Positions 1 to 8,621 of a DNA stretch of 32,000 nucleotides are shown here, in pieces. The first letter of the stretch is position 1, and the number at the start of each line of letters is the position of its first letter. Under the pieces are notes generated by a model. That model was not told the origin of the DNA. It saw only the letters and a program-made list of their open reading frames with translations, and made no database searches. The DNA is from Candidatus Kuenenia stuttgartensis (GTDB lineage Bacteria; Planctomycetota; Brocadiia; Brocadiales; Brocadiaceae). The stretch is from positions 3,600,001 to 3,632,000 of the forward strand of contig NZ_LT934425.1 of NCBI RefSeq assembly GCF_900232105.1. The letters run 5' to 3'. The position numbers and the translations under genes are program-made.

Positions 1-472
1 TTGATACATACCCGCCCAGACTCTTATCCGGAACAAACAGTATTTCCTGTTCTTTGGGAAATGAAGATACGATTTTTATTGCATTAGATGACGTGCAACA
101 GATATCGCTCTCTGCTTTTACTGCGGCGGTACTGTTTACATAGCAAACAACTTTTGCACCGGGATACTCCTTTTTTTTCAGAATAAGTTCCTTCCGGGTA
201 ATCATATTTGCCATCGGGCAGCCTGCATTTTCATCAGGCAAAAGCACCAATTTGCCGGGACAAAGAATTGATGCGGTTTCTGCCATGAAATGTACCCCGC
301 AGAAAACAATCATTTCCGCCTCAGTTTTGGCGGCCTGTTGTGATAATCCCAGGGAATCCCCGGCGTAATCCGCAATATCCTGTACTTCACCCCTTTGATA
401 GTTGTGCGCAAGTATTATTGCATTTCTTTTTTTCTTTAATTCTTTTATTTTATCTATTATTAATGTAGTCAA
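1..472 (-). CDS. nadA: Quinolinate synthase NadA, N-terminal part (truncated by window edge)
   Basis: Reverse-strand translation reads ...[80 protein letters not shown]..., with the characteristic NadA HNYQ and CGVHFMAE motifs. Likely TTG start near 472. Confidence 0.9.
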   Translation of the reverse strand, partial: MTTLIIDKIKELKKKRNAIILAHNYQRGEVQDIADYAGDSLGLSQQAAKTEAEMIVFCGVHFMAETASILCPGKLVLLPDENAGCPMANMITRKELILKKKEYPGAKVVCYVNSTAAVKAESDICCTSSNAIKIVSSFPKEQEILFVPDKSLGGYVS

Positions 473-867
473 ATTCTAGGTGTTTTGTTGATGTTCTTGT
501 ATTGAGGTATCTTTTCATGCCAGTGTTTCTTTCTGAAAAACATGGCGTAAACGCTACGAAAATGAATGATAACACAGTATGATGCGATTTTAAATACTTT
601 TTTTATGTGACTCTTTCGCCAAATGAGTCAATTGCTCCCAACTATTAATCGGGAGCAGTTATTTCATACGAGTGGTTATAAGCAAAGGGAATGTGTTACT
701 GTTTTTTTTCAATTTGCAAAATTGGTTGCTTTTTATCGAAATCAAATATACCGCCGGGCAAAGTGAAATTGACTCGTATTTATCAATGTGATATAAAATG
801 GATGCTAGGCGCAGAATACAGACAAAAAGATTATGTTACCGCAGAAGCAGAAAATAACAATAAATTT

Positions 868-1164
868 GTAACACTTTAGTTTTTTGAAAAATTCCCGGGA
901 TAGAAAAAATACCATGTAGCCCTGTTAGTGGCGGTCTGTTTGTAGCGCAATAAAATTCAATAAGGTAAATAGCTCCGTAGGAGCGGCCTGTCCGTATTCA
1001 GGTAGACCTGTTTATATGGATTTACAAGAGACAGGTTGCTCATAATTGCAGAGACAGGTTTCAAACCTGTCTCTACGATCTGTTATAATATCCTATTTTG
1101 CTACAAACAGGCTGCTCCTACGGAGCTTATAGGTAGTACATTTTTCAAAAAACTAAAGTGTTAC
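868..1164 (+). mobile_element. MITE-like non-autonomous element, copy E1
   Basis: 25-bp perfect terminal inverted repeat GTAACACTTTAGTTTTTTGAAAAAT at both ends. Flanked by direct 8-bp ATAAATTT at 860-867 and 1165-1172. Same family as 13038-13312. Confidence 0.85.
1081..1089 (+). promoter_or_regulatory. Extended -10 promoter-like motif TGTTATAAT inside element E1, upstream of the ALDH gene
   Basis: Exact TGnTATAAT. The same sequence is present in the reverse complement of the second copy (13112-13120). No convincing -35 box. Confidence 0.45.
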
Positions 1165-1236
1165 ATAAATTTACTTATTACCGTTATGTTCAATGGGGAT
1201 GTTTCTTACTATTTTATTTGAGGGGGGAATTGCATT

Positions 1237-2721
1237 ATGAAGGGTAAAAACTACATCAATGGCGCATTTGTTGATAGTGCTTCATCTGAAGTGTTTGAAA
1301 GCAGAAATCCGGCGTATTGTGATGAGGTGCTAGGGACATTTCCCCTTTCTTCTGCAGATGACGTCAATAATGCGGTGCTGGCGGCAAAGACCGCTTATGA
1401 TACATGGAGAAAAATTTCACGGATAAGACGCGGCGAATATCTTGATGAATTGGCGCAGTTGCTGAAAAAAGACAGAGAAGCCATCTCTCAGTTGGTATCG
1501 AAAGAATGCGGGAAAGGGATTGCGGAAGGGCGTGCGGATGTAACGGAAGGCATTCATATGGTTCAATATATATTTGGCACAACAAGGATGCCGCATGGCG
1601 ATATTATTGATTCGGAGATTGTAGAAAAAGACTCCTTCATGCGACGGAGGCCAAAAGGTGTTGTTGCCGCAATTACGCCATGGAATTTTCCCTTTGCGAT
1701 TCCACTATGGCTGATTTGTCCCTCTGTAGTGGAGGGGAATACCGTTGTGTTAAAACCGTCCCGGGAGACGCCTTGCGTCGCTAATAAAATTGCAGAATAT
1801 GTGCATGCTGCAGGATTTCCTCCCGGAGTAATTAATGTAATACATGGAGGTTGTGGAGATGCGTTGGTAAGACATTCCGATACACAGGTAATATTGTTTA
1901 CCGGTTCATGTGAAGTTGGTGAAGGGATAAAGAAGATTGCTGCTGAATCCTATAACAAAATGTGCGCCTGCGAGATGGGGGGGAAAAATGCGATAATAGT
2001 TCTCGATGGCGCCAATATGGAGATAGCGGTGAATGCCTCTATTCTCAGCGCCTTTAAAACTTCAGGGCAGAGATGTACTTCCGCAGGCAGGTTGATTTTA
2101 CATGTGAATATGCTTGAAGAATTTGAAAAGAGATTTGTTGAACTCGCCAAACGGATTAAAATCGGCAACCCTCTTGACGAAGAGGTATTTATGGGACCAG
2201 TTATAAATCAAGCAGCAACAGAAAAAATTTTACGATATAACGATTTTGCAAAGAATGAGGGGGCGGAGGTATTGCTTGACGGCTCCAGGCTTACTGGCGG
2301 GGGATATGATAAGGGGTACTTTATGTCTCCTTTTGTATATCGAATGAAAAATAATCCAAAGAGCCGTGTTCTCCATGAGGAGGTCTTTGGGCCTCATGTG
2401 GCGATTATCCCTGTGGAAAGTATTGATGAGGCTATTAATGTGTATAATGATACAGAATATGGTCTTTCCTGTGCAGTAATTACGGAAGATTTTCGAAAGG
2501 CGAGGCGGATAAGGGATGACTGTGAATACGGACTTGGGTATGTTAATTTACCTACAATAGGCGCGGAGGTACATTTGCCGTTTGGGGGACTGAAAAAGAG
2601 CGGGACCGGTCTCCCTTCCGCAAGCACTTTGATAGATGCGGTAACACACCGCACGGCATGGACGGTGAATCATGATTTAGAAATAAAAATGGCGCAGGGG
2701 CTTAGCGCTAAATTATCTTAG
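1237..2721 (+). CDS. NAD(P)-dependent aldehyde dehydrogenase family protein
   Basis: ORF of 494 aa with ALDH motifs: TPWNFPFAIP, KPSRETP, LFTGSCEVG, EMGGKNAIIV and SGQRCTSAGR (catalytic Cys). Confidence 0.95.
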   Translation: MKGKNYINGAFVDSASSEVFESRNPAYCDEVLGTFPLSSADDVNNAVLAAKTAYDTWRKISRIRRGEYLDELAQLLKKDREAISQLVSKECGKGIAEGRADVTEGIHMVQYIFGTTRMPHGDIIDSEIVEKDSFMRRRPKGVVAAITPWNFPFAIPLWLICPSVVEGNTVVLKPSRETPCVANKIAEYVHAAGFPPGVINVIHGGCGDALVRHSDTQVILFTGSCEVGEGIKKIAAESYNKMCACEMGGKNAIIVLDGANMEIAVNASILSAFKTSGQRCTSAGRLILHVNMLEEFEKRFVELAKRIKIGNPLDEEVFMGPVINQAATEKILRYNDFAKNEGAEVLLDGSRLTGGGYDKGYFMSPFVYRMKNNPKSRVLHEEVFGPHVAIIPVESIDEAINVYNDTEYGLSCAVITEDFRKARRIRDDCEYGLGYVNLPTIGAEVHLPFGGLKKSGTGLPSASTLIDAVTHRTAWTVNHDLEIKMAQGLSAKLS

Positions 2722-2767
2722 TACTTATCACCACTTACTTAATCTTGAGAGCACCACCATTAAACAT

Positions 2768-3361
2768 CTGACGGAATTAGCAGAAAATGTATCACGAAAA
2801 TGGCGATGGATAATTACTGTTGCATATATCATTGCCCTCTATGCCTTCCTGCCGTTTGCTCCTGCGATTTGGAGGTTTGCACTGCGACTGCTGGGAGAAA
2901 AAGTAAACTATTTGAGCGGGATATTCGTAAGTATCGCGGGAGTGTATTCCCTTTTCTTTTTAGTTTACCGGAAAAAGGCAAGGAATGTTTCTGTTTATGC
3001 GGCATTTTTTGTGATATCTCTGGCATGCCTTGTTTTGTTGAAGTATATGTGTGTGAATGGTGCGGAGAGATTCCATCTGCTATTTTACGGGATTTTAAGC
3101 GGTATTCTGTTCTGGGCGTTAAGAATAGACGTTCAAAATAAATTAATCTATGTGTATACAACCATTTTGGTATGTTTGGTAGGCGCAATTGATGAGTTTA
3201 TTCAGGCAATTTTGCCGATGAGATGCTTTGATATGAGGGATATAGTGATGAACTGGTTTTCCGGCGGATTGGGAACTCTCTTTATTGTGTTTGTATTAAA
3301 GCCAGTTTGGGATACTGCAAAGGGGGGAAAGGGGTGTTGTCTTAAAAATCCTTATACGTAG
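2768..3361 (+). CDS. VanZ-like family integral membrane protein (start uncertain)
   Basis: The 2912-3361 ORF contains GAIDEFIQAILPMRCFDMRDIVMNWFSGGLG, a VanZ-like signature. The same frame is open upstream and encodes a plausible extra TM segment (WRWIITVAYIIALYAFLPFAPAIW), so the listed TTG start at 2912 is probably too short. The exact start (CTG at 2768 or another non-ATG codon) is unresolved. Confidence 0.6.
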   Translation: MTELAENVSRKWRWIITVAYIIALYAFLPFAPAIWRFALRLLGEKVNYLSGIFVSIAGVYSLFFLVYRKKARNVSVYAAFFVISLACLVLLKYMCVNGAERFHLLFYGILSGILFWALRIDVQNKLIYVYTTILVCLVGAIDEFIQAILPMRCFDMRDIVMNWFSGGLGTLFIVFVLKPVWDTAKGGKGCCLKNPYT

Positions 3362-3388
3362 CTCATCGTTTAGCCTTGCTAGTGAATA

Positions 3389-4189
3389 TTACTGTGGTTG
3401 ATTACAAAAACCTGCCTGGTTTTTCTTTTTGATCGTAAATGAGTCAAGCTGTTTTTGGGTTTCCTTGGAAGCTCTGCGGTCGAGCCACTTCCCGGGAGTC
3501 TCTCCCTTGCCCATTTTGTACATTATAAAAAGATAACCAAAGCCTCTAAGGAAATAGTTTCCTTCAACTGCTGCGCTGTGCCAGTGATTCCTGAGAAGTT
3601 TTGCATTGTGGCGTGTTACGGCAATAATATCCACCGGCAGGAAATAATCGCTCAGAATGCTGAACAGATTGAACCCTATCGGAAGAAACGGTTTCCCTTT
3701 TTTTGCCGAATCGGATACCAAAAGCGCCATATAGCGGCGGGGCTTGAGTATGCGGTGTATTTCCCGGATTACCTGTTCCAATGCTGTGTAATATTCCCCG
3801 GAAGTGGCCTCTAATTCTCCAATACAGTTTTCTTTTCCTGAATAAGTGATGTGGGTTGAATAGGGAGGATCGATAAAAACAAAATCTGCTGTTGCCTTTT
3901 CTATGGGGATTTTCCGTGCGTCTGCCTGTTTAATATCTTTGCGTGTTGGATTCAGATCAAACCCTAATGCCTCACGGTTTAGCTCCTTAGCAACATCTAG
4001 GGTTGTGCCTGCGCCGCACATGGGGTCAATTACAACATCTCCTGGTCGTGTATATCGCTGCAATAGGTTCCAGATGATATAAGAAGGAGTGGCTCCCTTG
4101 TAGTTCTGGGCGTGTTCCTGTTCACGAAGATAGTGCTGGGAAGGAAAATCCCAAAGTGTCAATGTCTGCAACCGGATTTTTTTATTCAT
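3389..4189 (-). CDS. SAM-dependent DNA methyltransferase (N4/N6 aminomethyltransferase-like, DPPY motif)
   Basis: 266 aa with VIDPMCGAGTTLDVA (SAM-binding motif) and FVFIDPPYSTHITYSG (catalytic DPPY). Confidence 0.85.
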   Translation of the reverse strand: MNKKIRLQTLTLWDFPSQHYLREQEHAQNYKGATPSYIIWNLLQRYTRPGDVVIDPMCGAGTTLDVAKELNREALGFDLNPTRKDIKQADARKIPIEKATADFVFIDPPYSTHITYSGKENCIGELEATSGEYYTALEQVIREIHRILKPRRYMALLVSDSAKKGKPFLPIGFNLFSILSDYFLPVDIIAVTRHNAKLLRNHWHSAAVEGNYFLRGFGYLFIMYKMGKGETPGKWLDRRASKETQKQLDSFTIKKKNQAGFCNQPQ

Positions 4190-4267
4190 TAATTAACTAA
4201 GGTCTCTTGAAATGTATTGCGCTTGCTTTAAAATATTGAATGGTTAAAACAGGATGGGGGGTAGTTG

Positions 4268-4933
4268 TCATTTGTTTTTGAGCGGTCTTCCTGGTGGCAG
4301 CGTCTTTATTCTTCTCCCCAGGAGTTTTTCAAATTTCTTGATAAATCGGTCATCACCGCAAGGACGTCCCGTCATTGAACATTTCTTTATATTTTTAATG
4401 ATTTGTTCGTAATCCTTTTCTCTTAAATATTCTGACCAATCTTCGATTTCGGCATTTAAATAGCAATCGTAAGATAAAATACCATCTCTCTTTTGGGTGA
4501 CATGACTGTACGCGCTCGACCATTTATACCTATGTGGTTTTCTTACGATGCCGGCACGAACAGGGTTGTTTTCTATATGTCGGACAGCGGCGTATGTGTG
4601 TTTTTTATCAAGGATGCAAGAATAAAATCTTCCTTGCCAGAGATGTCCTTTCTCATTTCGTTTACGATTAAAATATTGTGAATATCTCATGTGAAGCAGA
4701 TTTAATGCGCGTGAAAGAGAATCTTTTTCGGCAGGTACACAAACGAGGTGAACATGGTCAGGCATAAGGCAATATGCCCATATCTTCAGAGAGTATTCAC
4801 CGGCATACTCATGAAGCCATTGAATATAATGCTCATAGTCATCTTCTGTTTCAAAAACAGGCTTTTGATAGTTGCCTCTTTGTGTTACATAATGAGGGTA
4901 ACGCGGGACTGTGATTCGTGCGATTCGTGCCAT
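4268..4933 (-). CDS. REP-associated tyrosine transposase (IS200/Y1-like, RAYT)
   Basis: 221 aa: MARIARITVPRYPHYVTQRGNYQKPVF..., YCLMPDHVHLVCVP (HUH), ..GHLWQGRFYSCILD..YAAVRHIENNPVRAGIV..., basic C-terminal tail (GRPLKNK). Confidence 0.93.
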   Translation of the reverse strand: MARIARITVPRYPHYVTQRGNYQKPVFETEDDYEHYIQWLHEYAGEYSLKIWAYCLMPDHVHLVCVPAEKDSLSRALNLLHMRYSQYFNRKRNEKGHLWQGRFYSCILDKKHTYAAVRHIENNPVRAGIVRKPHRYKWSSAYSHVTQKRDGILSYDCYLNAEIEDWSEYLREKDYEQIIKNIKKCSMTGRPCGDDRFIKKFEKLLGRRIKTLPPGRPLKNK

Positions 4934-5013
4934 GAAAAAATAGTAATCCTTTTAATTTAAAATGTCAAAGAAAAAGGGTAGCTGTCCCTTGTATCACCAT
5001 AATTATAAGAAAA

Positions 5014-5053
5014 AAAAGACCCCAATAAATTTTTACAATTATCAGGGTCTTTT
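5014..5053 (-). terminator. Rho-independent terminator downstream of cspA (possibly bidirectional)
   Basis: AAAAGACCCC...GGGTCTTTT inverted repeat. On the minus strand the stem is followed by a T tract (GGGGTCTTTTTTTTC). Confidence 0.6.
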
Positions 5054-5160
5054 GCGCCTTAATTATAACAATATTTTTAATAGTACTCTATATTTTCAAT
5101 ATACAACATTAATAGTATTTTATATACGGCAAAATATACGAGTATGCTTAATAAATATAT

Positions 5161-5361
5161 TTATAATTTGACTACTTTTGTGGCTTTGTAGCCTTTTTGG
5201 TCTTTTACGACTTCAAACTCTACTTTATCTCCTTCTGCAAGAGTTCTAAAACCCTCGCATTCGATCGCAGTCTGATGTACAAATACATCTTCTCCATTGT
5301 CCTGAGAAATAAAACCAAAACCCTTTGAGTCGTTAAACCATTTAACGGTACCCTGTGGCAT
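5161..5361 (-). CDS. cspA: Cold-shock protein (CspA family)
   Basis: [33 protein letters not shown]..., canonical KGFGFI and DVFVH RNP motifs. Start chosen at internal ATG 5361, preceded by AAAGGGGGTGAT Shine-Dalgarno; the track ORF extends to 5373. Confidence 0.95.
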   Translation of the reverse strand: MPQGTVKWFNDSKGFGFISQDNGEDVFVHQTAIECEGFRTLAEGDKVEFEVVKDQKGYKATKVVKL

Positions 5362-5409
5362 TCTTAAAATCACCCCCTTTCATAATTAAAAAAAACAACA
5401 TTATAAACT

Positions 5410-5441
5410 AAAAAAGCTACAAGGTTGTAACACCTTGTAGC
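5410..5441 (-). terminator. Terminator-like hairpin immediately upstream of cspA
   Basis: 9-bp perfect stem GCTACAAGG/CCTTGTAGC (5416-5424, 5433-5441), followed on the minus strand by TTTTTTAG. Confidence 0.5.
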
Positions 5442-5818
5442 CTCGTTATAAACTTCCCTATATGCAACGATCCGGTACAGTACAACCAATCACTGGAAAT
5501 AATATTATCACACTTTATCATTAAAGCAAGAGAAATTATTGCTTTTATCCATTTCAAAACAATAGTTCATGTGGTGTGTAGAACTCCACCAACATGGACA
5601 AGCCAGAACTAATTTCTACTCTAATGTAACTGGTGATTCTGGTGATTTGTTATAAAACGTTGCTCATTTGTGAAGATAAAACCCACATAAGGATTTTAAT
5701 GATATAAATAACTTCGTTTTTATCTAATATTTTATTGAATTTGAAACCTATTATTGGTAACATTTCCCCTTACGTTTACTTATTTAGAAATTATTCTGAA
5801 AGTTTTTAAGGAGTTAGT

Positions 5819-5911
5819 ATGGCTTGCGGTTTTGAGGGTAAGAAAAAACATCGGTTAAACAGGAGAAAATACATTTTAAAAAGACGTAGAAGAAGACGCG
5901 ATAAGGTATAA
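5819..5911 (+). CDS. Unannotated 30-aa Arg/Lys-rich micro-ORF (MACGFEGKKKHRLNRRKYILKRRRRRRDKV)
   Basis: Intact ATG-TAA frame preceded by AAGGAG with 7-nt spacing. Highly basic composition resembles small ribosome-associated proteins. Below the size threshold of the ORF track. Confidence 0.6.
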   Translation: MACGFEGKKKHRLNRRKYILKRRRRRRDKV

Positions 5912-6402
5912 AATCGCAGGTCTGTACCTGCATGGAAGCAGTTAGTTTGTTTCGGTTAACACTCCCGGATATTTTTTGATAAATCATTTTTAAATTCATG
6001 CGCGGTATGACGTGAATCTGTTAAAAAGATAAATTCATGACCTACTGCCAACCCATGTACAATAATGGGGAGGTAATGAAACATTCCGGAAAATCTCACC
6101 TTTCCTTTTACCTGCAATCATTCCCTGTCGTTGTAGCCGTTTTCGTATAATTATTTGCCATGCGAAACGGCTTTGTTTATGATGATATGTTTACAAGAAC
6201 AAATAATTATTTGATAGATTTTTGGGCTAAATCCACCGCGTTTTTCAATATGGCATATTTTGCTGCTTAGGGAGAGCTGCTTAACTATCGCCCGGTAGTT
6301 AACATTTCCTTTTATTGTTACCTGTTTTTTTATTTAAAAAAATATCTGTTTTGCCACTTGGCCAGAGAGACAACATTAATAAGATAATTGGAAAAATATG
6401 GA

Positions 6403-6445
6403 GAAAAAAATAGGGGATTCGCCATATTTTCCAGTGAATCCCCTG
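6403..6445 (-). terminator. Rho-independent terminator of the sigma-factor gene
   Basis: AGGGGATTC (6412-6420) / GAATCCCCT (6436-6444) stem, followed on the minus strand by ATTTTTTTCTCC. Confidence 0.75.
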
Positions 6446-6480
6446 TGTAAATTTTTGCAATACTGATATTTGAATTTCCT

Positions 6481-7956
6481 TTAATTCATCGTACCTTCAA
6501 GAAATCCTTCCAGTTTTCTACTGCGAACCGGATGTTGAAGTTTACGAAGGGCAATAGCTTCAATCTGCCGGATACGTTCGCGGGTTATATTGAACCTCTT
6601 TCCGATTTCTTCCAATGAGTGTGTGTATCCATCACTAATTCCAAAACGTAATTTAATAATCTCCCGTTCGCGGTAACTTAACGTATCAAGCACCTTTTGT
6701 ATTTGTTCTTTTAATAAAGAACGCTGGGCAAGAAATATAGGGGCGTCTATTTTTTTGTCCTGAATAAAATCTTCAAACATTGTTTCTCCATCACTGCCAA
6801 TTGGTGTTTCTAATGATATAGGTTGTGATGTTATCTGAAGCAATCTATATATTTCAGGCAATGGCGTATTGGTATCCCTTGCAATGGCTTCTAACTGTAT
6901 TTTTTCCGCAGATGATCCCTGTCCAGCTTTGGCCACGTAAGTAGACTTATTGATTACATCCATCATATGCACAGGGATTCGTATTGTTCTTACTTTTTCT
7001 TCTGTTGCCCTGATAATAGCTTGTTTTATCCACCATGTTGCATATGTGCTGAATTTAAAACCCATCCTGTAGTCATATTTGTCCACGGCGCGCATAAGCC
7101 CCGTATTACCTTCCTGGATAAGGTCGTGAAAAGCCATCCCTCGTTTTCTATATTTTTTTGCGATACTTACTACCAGTCGTAAATTTCCCTCTGAAAACCG
7201 CTTTCTTGCCATCACATATTCATTGTAAATGGAATTAATAGAAAAAATAATTTTTTTCAACTCTTTCGCCGGCATTGCAAACAATGCCTCTATCTCATTG
7301 ATATCACAAGAAAGTTCTTTGCATAATTCCCTTTTAAAATTACGATGGACGGTACGTTTTCTATTATAATCCGCAATTGTCGATAAAACCTCTAACAATT
7401 CACGCATAACCGGCAGTATGGTTTCCGACCGTACACTAATGGATTCTAACTCTTTAATCGCCATTCCCTTTCTTACGAGAATACTTTTATGCACCCTCAG
7501 CTTTTTATCCCGCGCAATATTTCCCCTGCGAATCTTTTCATAATCTTTTAAATTGCTTTCTATGCTCTTTCTGATATTGCTGGTAACCGCGTGAATCTGT
7601 TCAACAACTGCATCCCGGTTTTGTTCTCTTGCCGCTGATAATTCAACAAATTGAACAAGCTCTGATTCACTCTCCACTCCTTCCAGTAGTCGTATATACA
7701 TTTCCAAGGCATAATCAAAACCCAGCACCTTGCGATGGAGCAGTCTGCTCATAACCCGTATCTTCTTCGCAAGGTAGATTTCTTCTGCAGGGGTAAGCAG
7801 TGGTATTTTTGCCATCTCATTTAAATATAATCGTACAGAATCATAATCGCGGCTCTTTTCTTCTTCCTGGTTCCATTCTGTTATCTCTTCCTCAACCGGG
7901 TTATTTTCGTTGTTTATTTGATCTAACCGTTCTGTTTTTTGTTTTAATATGGTCAT
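6481..7956 (-). CDS. rpoD: RNA polymerase sigma-70 family primary-type sigma factor
   Basis: 491 aa with region 2 (RLVVSIAKKYRKRGMAFHDLIQEGNTGLMRAVDKYDYRMGFKFSTYATWWIKQAI) and region 4 (LDTLSYREREIIKLRFG...HSLEEIGKRFNITRERIRQIEAIALRKL). Confidence 0.93.
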   Translation of the reverse strand: MTILKQKTERLDQINNENNPVEEEITEWNQEEEKSRDYDSVRLYLNEMAKIPLLTPAEEIYLAKKIRVMSRLLHRKVLGFDYALEMYIRLLEGVESESELVQFVELSAAREQNRDAVVEQIHAVTSNIRKSIESNLKDYEKIRRGNIARDKKLRVHKSILVRKGMAIKELESISVRSETILPVMRELLEVLSTIADYNRKRTVHRNFKRELCKELSCDINEIEALFAMPAKELKKIIFSINSIYNEYVMARKRFSEGNLRLVVSIAKKYRKRGMAFHDLIQEGNTGLMRAVDKYDYRMGFKFSTYATWWIKQAIIRATEEKVRTIRIPVHMMDVINKSTYVAKAGQGSSAEKIQLEAIARDTNTPLPEIYRLLQITSQPISLETPIGSDGETMFEDFIQDKKIDAPIFLAQRSLLKEQIQKVLDTLSYREREIIKLRFGISDGYTHSLEEIGKRFNITRERIRQIEAIALRKLQHPVRSRKLEGFLEGTMN

Positions 7957-8464
7957 AACACTATTTTATTGAGTTAAGTGAATAAAATAAAATAATCATC
8001 TACACGTATCATATAACATAATTTATTTATTAAATGTTCTCCTGGAATATATATTTTTACCATTTTACAAAATTTTAATGAAGTTTTTTTTATTCAAATT
8101 ACTAAATAAGCGCGGATTATAACATAATAGTCTAATAAATCGGTACAAAATATTGCCCTGTTTTCATCTATTTTTTATTTTCGTACCACTTTAATTTTTT
8201 TTAAACAACCCCGGAGGGATGAAATGTTGAAAAGCTAAAACACCAAATACGATGATAAAGCTCCAAAAGGAGCGATGTATTGTTTATGTGCCTTATAGGC
8301 CGTTCCTCCTCACGAAGCTTTTCAGGAGTTTTTCAAGAGAATAAATTGTTCCGTAATAAGTCGTAGTGTCCTTAAAGTATTACACCAAGGGGAAAACAGC
8401 TAAAGCAGGATTCTAAAATAAAAAGTGAATGGCGGGATGGGATAACGAGTGTCTTTGTAAAGTG

Positions 8465-8485
8465 TCAAAAAGACTGTCTTTTTGA
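8465..8485. repeat. Perfect short palindrome TCAAAAAGAC-T-GTCTTTTTGA
   Basis: 10-bp arms around a single central T; operator- or hairpin-like. Confidence 0.5.
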
Positions 8486-8512
8486 AGAGATTATACTAAT
8501 TTTTGCTGCCTG

Positions 8513-8554
8513 AAATAAAGCAGAGACACAAAATTTTGCGTCTCTGCTTTATTT
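8513..8554. terminator. Bidirectional terminator-like hairpin downstream of the glutaredoxin-like gene
   Basis: 15-bp perfect inverted repeat AAATAAAGCAGAGAC (8513-8527) / GTCTCTGCTTTATTT (8540-8554), loop of 12 nt. Confidence 0.65.
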
Positions 8555-8621
8555 GGGGGGCGAAGCATAAAACGTGGGGGGTTCTGGCTACAATCATATT
8601 GCAAGATTCACGAGTGTTGAT

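Noticed and set aside
691-879. 62-aa ORF (MCYCFFSICKIGCF...)
   Set aside because: No recognisable family or clear RBS; it runs into the MITE terminal repeat. More likely intergenic chance ORF.
1036-1221. 61-aa ORF overlapping MITE E1
   Set aside because: Its translation comes mainly from the repeat's interior and right TIR (...FKPVSTICYNILFCYKQAAPTELIGSTFFKKLKCYI), so it is not a credible gene.
1364-2654. Antisense ORFs opposite the aldehyde dehydrogenase (1364-1585, 1950-2168, 2394-2654)
   Set aside because: They lie wholly inside a well-supported coding gene, have low-complexity or non-family translations and no independent ribosome-binding evidence.
2829-3188. Overlapping ORFs 2800-3141 (+) and 2829-3188 (-) over the VanZ-like gene
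   Set aside because: The 2912-3361 frame carries the VanZ-like signature; these alternatives are Cys- or Ser-rich shadow frames.
4268-4933. The RAYT as the transposase driving the GTAACACTTTAG MITEs
   Set aside because: Y1/HUH enzymes do not make target duplications or use long TIRs. The 8-bp duplications and 25-bp TIRs point to a DDE-type transposase elsewhere.
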